A stretch of 64,000 nucleotides of DNA from an uncultured Methanosarcinaceae archaeon (lineage in GTDB: Archaea > Halobacteriota > Methanosarcinia > Methanosarcinales > Methanosarcinaceae): NCBI GenBank assembly GCA_963847185.1, contig CAWJYV010000004.1, positions 1-64,000 on the forward strand, written 5' to 3'. The translations under genes were made by a program, and so were the position numbers. Positions 43,368 through 52,462 of the stretch are shown one piece after another. Each line of letters starts with the position of its first letter. Position 1 is the first letter of the stretch. The notes below the pieces were generated by a model. That model saw nothing but the letters and a program-made list of their open reading frames with translations. It made no database searches and was not told the DNA's origin.

Positions 43368-44109
43368 ATGTGTCTGAACACAAAAAACTAAACACCGAGG
43401 ATTGAGAAATAAAAGAGACAGTTTTATATTTTATCCCATTTCTGTGTTGAAACAAAAAAGAGAAATCAATGAAACAAACCCAATAGATACGCTTACAGAT
43501 TTGGGATCAAATCCAGATCAAATTCCAGATTAAATTCCAGATTAAATTCCAGATCAAATAGGTAAATGTTCCTATTTAATTATAAAATAATTGAGTCCTT
43601 ATCAAACAAAACCTTCAATTCAGCTAAATAAAAAATCATACTGAGGTAATAACATAAACAGTGACACTCCCCAGGATAAAAACATAGATGAAGATGAAAC
43701 CTTTAATGGAGAATGCCCTGCCATTCCGTCTATTCCCCTCCCAAATACGGATAACGAAATTTTTTTAATCTTGAATACCCTGAACCAGAATGTTGCAGAC
43801 TTTTACACTTTTATGAAGTTCACATCCTATCTGTCCGATTCCTATCTTAATATTGAGTTGCTTAAAAGGAGCATGAGCATCCATAGAGATTTTGCAGTTC
43901 TGTTCCTCCATACCAAAGAAGATCTGGTATTTACTTATCCCGAATTTTTGGAAAAAACAGAAAAGTTGTTGTTTAAAGGAGAAGCAGGCACAAACTGCAT
44001 AAACTACACTAACAAATTATGCAAAGCACTTAGAGACTATAAAATAGCCCTGTACAGAGAAGGATATTTGCCGAACCTGAGAAAGCAGTTTCTTTTAGTC
44101 AATCTATGA
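43368..44109 (+). pseudogene. degraded hypothetical gene
   Basis: ORF 43771-44109 extends upstream through stops and a 12-bp ATTCCAGAT(C/T)AA tandem repeat (about 43505-43558); 5' limit approximate. Confidence 0.4.
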
Positions 44110-45339
44110 TCTCTGGCAAACTACTTCTTTTAAATATTTTAATTTTTAAAGATGAAGAGAATAAGAGAATAATACTAAATTAAATATTTGTATTCAGCAT
44201 ATCCAAAAAGTGGTTACCTGCTATAAATTTTACAATCTGTAATATACAAAACCGGAACGGAGACTCTGAGATAATCAGAAATAGAAGTTGAATTTCGAAT
44301 AAATTCGCTTTTTGGCGAATATTTTACTCAAATTTTAAATGCCTATCAATGATAAGGAAATATTATTCCATTATTTTTATATAATTTATTATTATAATAA
44401 ATTATATATTAACGAGAATTAACTCTAAATTTGTATCATTCCAGATGGAAATGAAAACTATAGTAATTCCAAGGAGAGTTTCCATGAGCCTAAATCGCTC
44501 AGCAGGATTAACTATAGGAATCAATATGAATATACCCCCATTAATAACCGAGCCCGAAAGAATGACTGAGTATAAAATAAAGAGTATCATAGCCGTCTTT
44601 TCAAGGCCAGAAAGACAATTCTGGTGAATTATCTCATTTGAATTGATGACTATGTATTTTTCTTTTATGCTACTTAGCCTTTTATAGATATAATTCAGTT
44701 TTGAAGAATAATTATAATATCATGAAGTTTAGATCTCGAAAGAGTAATGAACGAGTGATACAACTTTTTTTAACTAAATGTGTATATTTTGAGCCCTTAA
44801 ATTGGTTCTAATTTAAAAAAAGGGTTTATTGATCTTGTGAAAGTCTCATTTATGTTATTCAGGTCTTTTTTTTGCATAAAAGCTTGAATTATGGACTAAA
44901 AATCCTTATTTTGGCGGATAGATTAATGGATTTAAATATGAGAATTAATATATAAGTAATCTTCCTTTTTAACGTTACCTTAGTCTAGTTTTTAAAAGAC
45001 TATTAATATTAAGTAAAAGTTATTCTATTCATTTTATATAATTATGAATTATATATTAGTTGTACTTCTGGCAGTTAAGTTAAATCTGTCTCTCCAAACA
45101 AAAGTAAGTAACCAGAAAAGTTTCTAGATGCTATTGCCAAGAGTAACTATAAATTTAAGGAGTAGATAAAAAAAATTGATTAGAGGATTGTATATCCAGT
45201 GTACTCGGAAAATTATACAGTCCATACTCGAATATTAAAAAGTTTATCTTCTCCTATTATGCAAAAAAGTAGAAAATACGAGTACGAATATAATAAGACA
45301 AAAAAATACAAACGTATAGTAAACATGGGGGTAAAATAA

Positions 45340-45555
45340 ATGTTCGGATTTGGTGGATTTGGTAGAGGACGTGGGTTTGATCGTGGATTTGGCTTTGGTG
45401 GAGGCTGCGGCGGCTTTGGAGGCTGCGGTGGCTTTGACGGTGGATGTGGCGGAGGCTGTGGCGGAGGCTTTTTTGGTGGCTGTCGTAGAAGAATAGGGCG
45501 TCGCTTTGGCTGTGGACGGGGCGGCTTTGACGGCGACTGGGATGGGCCATTTTAA
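45340..45555 (+). CDS. 71-aa Gly/Phe/Cys/Arg-rich peptide
   Basis: GGGGG RBS; GC-rich ORF in AT-rich flanks; varied Gly codons; downstream hairpin and T-tract (about 45640-45680). Confidence 0.75.
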   Translation: MFGFGGFGRGRGFDRGFGFGGGCGGFGGCGGFDGGCGGGCGGGFFGGCRRRIGRRFGCGRGGFDGDWDGPF

Positions 45556-45853
45556 TAACTACTGAGCCTGACAGAATTTGAGTATGAAAAGAAATATCTA
45601 TAGTCATCTCTTCAAGAGCTGAAGTTGAGATTCTGAGAAGTCATTTTTCTTGAAATGATGACCATCTTTTTTATTTTTCTATAGATCAACTATTAATCTT
45701 CTTTTGGGAGTATTTATTTAGTATGTATATCTTATTTAAATCAATATTTAGATTCCTATTAATTTCTTTTAGATGATTAGATTACCAACTATTTAAGGAA
45801 CTTATACTATAAAACTTATGAAATACTATAAAACTTATGAAAGATCACTTATC

Positions 45854-46221
45854 GAGTTTGATGCAATTGGCACTGATGGTGATCATGTCCATCTTTTTGT
45901 TGGAGTTGAGCCAGAATATTCTCCTTCCAAAGTAATGCAAATTATAAAAAGTATTATAGCAACAAATTTTTGAACATATATTGAGATCAAAAAACAGCTT
46001 TGAGAAGGGGAGTTTTAGAACGGCGGGAGTATATTGAAACTATATAAGATGTAACAACTTCCGACTTAATAAGGGACTACGCTGAAAATCAGGTAAATGA
46101 GGAAGAAAAAGAAGCATTGAACAAAGAAAGAAAGTAATTGACTTTTTACAATTCCATTACAACCGGAGCGCTGGCGCGAACATACCCGTTGCTTGCAGTG
46201 GGATGCGCCAGCGCAACTTTG
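45854..46221 (+). mobile_element. tnpA: IS200/IS605 tnpA remnant with right-end hairpin
   Basis: EFDAIGTDGDHVHLFVG...SPSKVMQIIKS (HUH motif), then stops; hairpin GCGCTGGCGC (46168) / GCGCCAGCGC (46205). Confidence 0.8.
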
Positions 46222-46239
46222 ATTTTTGAGGGTAGAAAT

Positions 46240-46758
46240 TTACCTTATAATTCTGTAAGTGTACACAAAGTCTCCACCAGCTTTTCCATCGTTATCACCA
46301 TCAAGAGCGATCCCCTGTTCGTCAATTATGAGTCCGGATCCTGTTTCGGTTCCAACCAAGGTGATTGTTATTTCAGCTCCTGACTCATCCATAGGATACT
46401 TCCCATAGGGACGGAACATCATAATTCTGGTTCCTGCATCCAGTAATCCTTCCACTGGCTCTGCTGATGCGGAACTTCTTATAATTACTGTTTCTTTTGT
46501 GATTGATGCAGCATTCATAGGTGTATTAAATTCGATCCAGATAGGTGAGTCGTATTTGAAAGCAAATGTCTGCCTGTCAGGATAAATGCACTTCACCTTC
46601 GGAGGAGTCTGTCCATGCTTTAGGTGGATAGGAAACGATTTAAAAACTGCTGGAAGTTGCCTGTTCTGCATATATTTTTTAAAAATATATACAATTGCAG
46701 CTCCTGCAAATGCACCCAGCAGGAAATCATACAGGTCATTTGTTTTGCGCAATTTCAT
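46240..46758 (-). CDS. membrane-anchored Ig-like (Big_5-like) domain protein
   Basis: N-terminal TM; PPKV..IYP, IWIEFNTPMN, FRP, LDGDNDGKAGGD. Confidence 0.7.
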   Translation of the reverse strand: MKLRKTNDLYDFLLGAFAGAAIVYIFKKYMQNRQLPAVFKSFPIHLKHGQTPPKVKCIYPDRQTFAFKYDSPIWIEFNTPMNAASITKETVIIRSSASAEPVEGLLDAGTRIMMFRPYGKYPMDESGAEITITLVGTETGSGLIIDEQGIALDGDNDGKAGGDFVYTYRIIR

Positions 46759-46772
46759 ACCCTCCTTTCGTT

Positions 46773-47123
46773 TTATTCCACTGCGACTTTATGTCCGCTC
46801 TTTTTTGCAGAATGTTTCTTTAAAGCGTACATGGCTGTGGCCCCAATAAGTGCTCCCATCACTACTTTACCGAATCTCATTGAATACCCCTTACCTGACT
46901 TCAACTCTGGTTCTACTAATGCTTCTGATTCTACTGAAGCCTCTGGTTCTAATGTTTCGGGTTCAATTTCTCTTTGAGACTTTTCTGATTTGAGTCTTTC
47001 AAGGAGATATGCCCCTAGAATTAACTTTCCGTATTTAAGTAATCCTTTATTTTTTTCTGACCCCACTGACTTAATTTCATTTACAAGATATGCGCTCAGC
47101 AACACCTTACTATAAGTTCTCAT
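46773..47123 (-). CDS. hypothetical protein with three repeated amphipathic helices
   Basis: YSKVLLSAYLV / YGKLILGAYLL / FGKVVMGALIG. Confidence 0.7.
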   Translation of the reverse strand: MRTYSKVLLSAYLVNEIKSVGSEKNKGLLKYGKLILGAYLLERLKSEKSQREIEPETLEPEASVESEALVEPELKSGKGYSMRFGKVVMGALIGATAMYALKKHSAKKSGHKVAVE

Positions 47124-47744
47124 ATTTAGTACTCTTACACCCCCTTAATATTTTCCCTGACCAGAACATCCCCTTTATTATTCTTGTCCGGAAAGGAGAA
47201 TTATACTCCTGTACCTATACCTATATCTCACATATTATATAACTATATATAACGACAAATGCACAAGATAAAAAGTCAATTATTGGCAGATTTACAGGAA
47301 CTTTCAAGGAAAAACTAAGACTATTATGATTCTTTTTTCTTCACCCTTAGCCAAGCGTTGCAATTCCTTCTTATCACTAATAAAGAAAGCTGTAATTGCC
47401 CCTGTCAAAAAATACACCAAAGAGCAGTATTTTTACTTAGAACGCATAGTGTATCTGTGCAAATTATCCTTATTGCATGCTTTGGTCATTGGCATGAGTT
47501 GCCGAAAACCGTAAGCATAAGATTCTCTCTTAATTTATACATGACATGAAGATTATGTATGGATTTTCAGATTTAATCGATAACTCGGGGGCAAGAACTG
47601 TTTTTGAATTCGAATTTTTAGTATTGAGCTGAAAAGCGAAATCAAATTTTTCTCATAACAGTAAAATCTCTATAATAACTTCAATCAGCACTCCGTGTTT
47701 CAAAAAAGGATCTTTATCGGGAAGATATAAAGAAACAAAAAAAA

Positions 47745-48300
47745 TACTGTAAAAACAGGCAAACCATTCTTTCTTATTGTAGAAATATACTCTCTAATTC
47801 TGCAGAAAGCTTGCACTCCCTGTGTTGTTCTGAAAGTTTCTGATATTTTCTGCAGCAGTTTCATCATCCTGATGTCTCTTTCCGCCTGATTATTCTCAAA
47901 TGGAACTTTCAAATCTGTAAGGAATCTCATGATCTTTTCCTAGTGTTCTATAAACCTGTCCAGTAGATTCCTTGCTTTGGTTTTTGGGTTCTTACCACGT
48001 ATTCCTTTCTTTTCAGGGTTTAGAGCCGGTGGATTTTCTTCAATTCCTTTTATGACTATAGCAATCGAACCTTTCTTTTTCTACTCAATACTTCCTAAGA
48101 ATTGTGATCTTTCCGTTATATTGAAAGTAAGTCTGAACTCCATACCATGTGCTCGTATAAGCTCTGTTTTTCGAAGAATATCATGTACATCTTTTGTGTC
48201 TATACAAGCATGTTTTTACTCTCTGCTCACTTAGAATCACTGCCTATAAATCTTGTTGCTGCAGTGTGTCTGAATAAGTGTGGATGAAACCTTTTTGTAA
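47745..48300 (-). mobile_element. IS66-family transposase remnant
   Basis: [23 protein letters not shown]...[15 protein letters not shown]; stops and deletions upstream. Confidence 0.8.
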
Positions 48301-48345
48301 TTCCTGTTATTTTTGCTGTCTTTTCCACAATATTATTTCAGTCGA

Positions 48346-48383
48346 ATACCGTTGCTTGCGGCGGGGTACGCCAGCACAACTTG
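48346..48383 (+). repeat. solo partial copy of the IS200 right end
   Basis: ATACCGTTGCTTGCGGCGGGGTACGCCAGCACAACTTG resembles 46183-46221. Confidence 0.6.
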
Positions 48384-48457
48384 AGTTTATATTTTTATGA
48401 TTGAGTTTTGCTTTATAGATAAAGTGACAAAGGAAGTAAAAAATAAGAGAAAACAGG

Positions 48458-49507
48458 TCAGTAATCGACCTGATCTGTTTCTTTTATCTTTTCCTTAAAC
48501 AGAGTATATACCCACAGCTGGTAGATGATGACCATGGGTATGAATACCAATGCTCCTCCCAACATGATGCTCAAGGTCATGTGGCTTGATGCTGCCTCAA
48601 AGATATCTATTCCGTATTCAAGAGAAACAGAGGATTTAAGCATGTAAGGATAGATACTTGCAAGCCCGCTTTGAACAACGAAAAGAAGTGCTAATAGATT
48701 GCTGCAAAAGGCCGGGAACCCCTTGTCCTTTGTTGCAAAGAACACAGCAAGGACAGCTGTCACTACACCAAGAACTGGCAATAAGTATAGAGCTGGCATA
48801 GCTGAATAGTTGGCTGTAAAACCTTCTATGCCCACAAAGGAGTATGCCAGATAGACCAGAGCAAGTACAAGTACAATAAGAGTGCTTTTCTTTGCCAGAT
48901 CACCTGCTCTTGCAGCTATGGCTCCTTCGGTCTTGACATTGATCCAGAGCGCACCTGAAGTAACACTTATAAGCACGAACAAGACACCGCCTATCAATGC
49001 ATACGGGCCAAAAAGTCCAAGAAGAGTACCATTATAAACTCCTCCTGAAGCGATTTCAAGCCCCTTGAAGAAGTTCGCAAATGCAACTCCCAAGACCAGA
49101 GAGATCAGCAGGCTTCCAACGAACCATCCCCACATAAGGGCCTTCTGTATCTGGAGATTATCATCTTTGTGGAGATATTCCACGGAAATACCCCTTGCGA
49201 CAAGGCCGATGAGCAGCAACATCATAGGAAGATACAGGAAAGTAAACATCTTCGAGAATACCAGAGGGAATGCAGCGAATGTTCCACCTGCAGCCAGGAT
49301 GAGCCATACCTCATTACCACCCCAGAAAGGACCCACAGCTCTCTGGATTTGTATCCTCTGCACCTTATCTGTGGCAATAAAGGGTGCCAAAAGGCCTGCT
49401 CCAAGGGAAAATGAGTCTACAATAAAGTAAATGCCCCATATTACACACCACAGGAAGAACCAGATAACAGCAAGCATATCATGAGTAAGGAAATCGAACA
49501 TCTTCAC
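48458..49507 (-). CDS. cydB: cytochrome bd oxidase subunit II
   Basis: DSFSLGAG, GPFWGGNEVWLI, AAFP, ARG. Confidence 0.93.
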   Translation of the reverse strand: MKMFDFLTHDMLAVIWFFLWCVIWGIYFIVDSFSLGAGLLAPFIATDKVQRIQIQRAVGPFWGGNEVWLILAAGGTFAAFPLVFSKMFTFLYLPMMLLLIGLVARGISVEYLHKDDNLQIQKALMWGWFVGSLLISLVLGVAFANFFKGLEIASGGVYNGTLLGLFGPYALIGGVLFVLISVTSGALWINVKTEGAIAARAGDLAKKSTLIVLVLALVYLAYSFVGIEGFTANYSAMPALYLLPVLGVVTAVLAVFFATKDKGFPAFCSNLLALLFVVQSGLASIYPYMLKSSVSLEYGIDIFEAASSHMTLSIMLGGALVFIPMVIIYQLWVYTLFKEKIKETDQVDY

Positions 49508-50820
49508 TCAACTCCTGTAGCATTGACTATGGTTTTCTTTATGAGGTATATCTCAAAGACCATCAGGATCAGATAGAATGCGCTGATAAGGACAACACTT
49601 AACAACACATCTGATGTGGGAACCAATGACAAACCATTAACTGTTTTTAGCAGCCCATATACCAGCCATGGCTGCCTTCCTACCTCAGCTACAATCCAGC
49701 CAGCAATGATAGCAATATATGGAAGAGGAATAGACCACATCAGCAGCTTCAGATACTTATCCGATGTGTACAGCTTGCCTGACTTTTGAAGATATGCGCC
49801 TAGAAGAGCCTCTATGATGAACAGGGATCCCAGAATTGTCATCAGCCTGAAGCTCCAGAATACCATTTCTACAGGTGGTAATTCCTCTTGAGGTAGCTGG
49901 TTAAGTCCTGTTATCGTTCCGCTGAAACTTCCTGTATACAGGAAACTTGCAAGGCCCGGAATTCCCAGCAGCTGAACACTATTGGAACCAGTGCCTGAAT
50001 AAGGTACCTGTATCAGATACATGGGCACTGAGGAACCCGTTTCCCATATCGCGTCCATTGCCGCTCCTTTAGCGGGCTGAAGCTCAGCAACATATTGTGC
50101 ATAACCGTGACCAAGAACTGGAAGCATGACTGCAGTTGCGAGTGCTATGGTAACTGCTATCCTGAAAGACTTCTTAAACGCTTCATTGTTGTTCCTTTTA
50201 AGGAAATGATACGCACAGATTCCCATGATCAGGAATGCAGTCAACAGGTAAGCTGAAAGCAGAGTATGTACCAGCATGTACCACACATAGCTGTTTGTAA
50301 GTAGAGCAAAGAAATCTGTCATAACCACCTTGCTCCCATCAGCAGTCATCTCATAGCCAACTGGATTCTGCATAAAACCATTAGCAGTGATAATCCATAA
50401 TGAAGATATGTTAGTACCCAGAGCGACCATCCAAATGGAAAATGCCTTTAGTTTCTGGCGGTTGCGGTCCAGAAATAGCCATGCACCAAAGAAAGTACCT
50501 TCAAGGAAGAAAGCCAATAATGCTTCCACCGCCAAGGGTGGTCCAAAGACATCTCCCATGAATTCTGCATAGGCACCCCAGTTCGTACCGAACTGAAAAG
50601 TCATTGCAAGACCTGTTACCAGACCTATTGCAAAGTTTATCTTGAATATTCTGCCCCAAAAATCGGCCATCTTCCGCCAAGTTTCATCTTTGTTCTTATA
50701 GTATACTGTTTCCAGGCCCGCCACAAAGAGTGCGAGTCCCAGTGTTAGTGGAACAAATAGGAAATGGAACACAACTGTTATGGCAAACTGAAGCCGGCTT
50801 AATAAAAGCAATTCAACCAT
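49504..50820 (-). CDS. cydA: cytochrome bd oxidase subunit I
   Basis: SRLQF...FHFLFVPLT, FQFGTNW, AFFLE, MQNP, QPAK, EVGRQPW. Confidence 0.95.
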   Translation of the reverse strand: MVELLLLSRLQFAITVVFHFLFVPLTLGLALFVAGLETVYYKNKDETWRKMADFWGRIFKINFAIGLVTGLAMTFQFGTNWGAYAEFMGDVFGPPLAVEALLAFFLEGTFFGAWLFLDRNRQKLKAFSIWMVALGTNISSLWIITANGFMQNPVGYEMTADGSKVVMTDFFALLTNSYVWYMLVHTLLSAYLLTAFLIMGICAYHFLKRNNNEAFKKSFRIAVTIALATAVMLPVLGHGYAQYVAELQPAKGAAMDAIWETGSSVPMYLIQVPYSGTGSNSVQLLGIPGLASFLYTGSFSGTITGLNQLPQEELPPVEMVFWSFRLMTILGSLFIIEALLGAYLQKSGKLYTSDKYLKLLMWSIPLPYIAIIAGWIVAEVGRQPWLVYGLLKTVNGLSLVPTSDVLLSVVLISAFYLILMVFEIYLIKKTIVNATGVE

Positions 50821-51143
50821 TCATTATCCCTCGTTTTTTCTTATGTTAGGCAATTATGACCCGGAAAAGGTTCTTTCCGAGTACACGATAAATTCGTACA
50901 TAACAATAATGGAAGGAACAATGTCCGTGGAGATTATATTTCCATGAACCATTGCACAAGATCAATATTTGCGCTGGAGCACGTTGATATGTATTCCATC
51001 AGGGCTTGCAGATTATCTTCACGCTCAATTCCGTCATCGTGAAACACATTGATATGTGTCAACGGGTCTTTATTTGACCATCTAAAAGATATCCTGTTTT
51101 ACACTTGGAGAGCGCACTTTTTCCTTATTCTGCTCTGCTCAAG

Positions 51144-51560
51144 TTATATTTCCTCTTTGCACTTCTTACATATACCATAGAAGTTAGTGCTCGTTGAAAC
51201 AATAGTAAATCCTTCTATTTCCCCAGCTATCTTCATCGAGTAATCAAGCAATTGTTCCGAATTAAAATCCTCCATACTTCCACACTCTCTGCAGATGAGA
51301 TGATGATGTGGAATGAAATTCGCCTCAAATCTTGAGACCCCTTTTACATTCACCTCCTCCAGCAGTCCTTTCTCAGTAAGGAATTTGAGATTTTTATATA
51401 CGGTAGCCTTGCTTATACGCGTCAGTTTTTTTCTGACCCCATCATAGACTTCATCTACAGTTGGATGGCCATCATGTTCGCGCAGGAAAGCAAGTATTTC
51501 GACTCTTTGGTTCGTATATTTCATGTCAGCTTTCTCTGTGGTCTCCATTGCTATCAACAC
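51144..51560 (-). CDS. Fur/PerR-family regulator
   Basis: TNQR, HPTVDEVY, SKATVYKNL, HHHLICRECG, GICKKC. Confidence 0.92.
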   Translation of the reverse strand: MLIAMETTEKADMKYTNQRVEILAFLREHDGHPTVDEVYDGVRKKLTRISKATVYKNLKFLTEKGLLEEVNVKGVSRFEANFIPHHHLICRECGSMEDFNSEQLLDYSMKIAGEIEGFTIVSTSTNFYGICKKCKEEI

Positions 51561-51793
51561 AAGTTACCTGTGAAAGCAGGTTTATTAGATATACATGATA
51601 TCTATTACTAAATGATATTTATTATTATTTAATAATTACTATCTTATTCTTTATTTCTTTATTCAGAGATAACTTTTAATTTATCTGCATGGTTGAACTT
51701 ATTGCTTGATTTCTTTTCAAATGTTTAGCTTTTATACCATGACTCAAAGAAATTACATAAAGCAACACTAGAATGGTTTGAAAAGGAGAAACT

Positions 51794-52369
51794 ATGAAAT
51801 ACTTTATCACAAAAGACACGCCTGTTACGGAAGAGGCGCTTAATGTCATCGCCCATTTGCCCACGAAAAGTCTTCCTGCAATAGTTGAAGATAAATTCTT
51901 CGTTAAACTGAGCGACCGCAATATTATGCGTATAGCAGTTTTACTTGCGCAAAAAGGCTATGACGAGGACGGCTGCCCTATCGGTGGCGTCATCATTGAT
52001 AATAATACCCGCCGGATTGTTGGCAAAGGGCATAATATGCTTGTGCAGAACAATGACCCTTATAACCATGGTGAAACTTCGGCCATACATGATGCGGGAC
52101 GACAAGACTTCAGCAATACCACGATTTTCACAACGCTCAGCCCCTGTGACATTTGCGCCGCGTTAATATATATGCGTCAATTCGACCGCGTCGTCGTAGG
52201 TGATGTTACTAACGCCTCGGGCAATGAACAAATGCTGCGCGAGAAGGGTGTCAAAGCCGATATCCTTGAAGACCATGTAGGAATAGCATTATATGCAAAA
52301 TATCGAGCCGAAAAGCCGGAACTCGATATGGAAGACTGGAAAGGATTGGCTGCCGTTCGCAAGGCATGA
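51794..52369 (+). CDS. nucleoside/cytosine deaminase family protein
   Basis: PIG, GHN, HGE, LSPCDIC. Confidence 0.88.
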   Translation: MKYFITKDTPVTEEALNVIAHLPTKSLPAIVEDKFFVKLSDRNIMRIAVLLAQKGYDEDGCPIGGVIIDNNTRRIVGKGHNMLVQNNDPYNHGETSAIHDAGRQDFSNTTIFTTLSPCDICAALIYMRQFDRVVVGDVTNASGNEQMLREKGVKADILEDHVGIALYAKYRAEKPELDMEDWKGLAAVRKA

Positions 52370-52462
52370 AGGATCTCTTTCCTCACGTATCAGCATGTCA
52401 AAAGGAAAAGAGCTACTTCCGATCTCATTCAATTAATGCGTACCAATCTTATTTTTTGATCT

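Noticed and set aside
50824-51140. small gene between the Fur-like gene and cydA
   Set aside because: The obvious ATG closes after three codons; no recognisable protein found.
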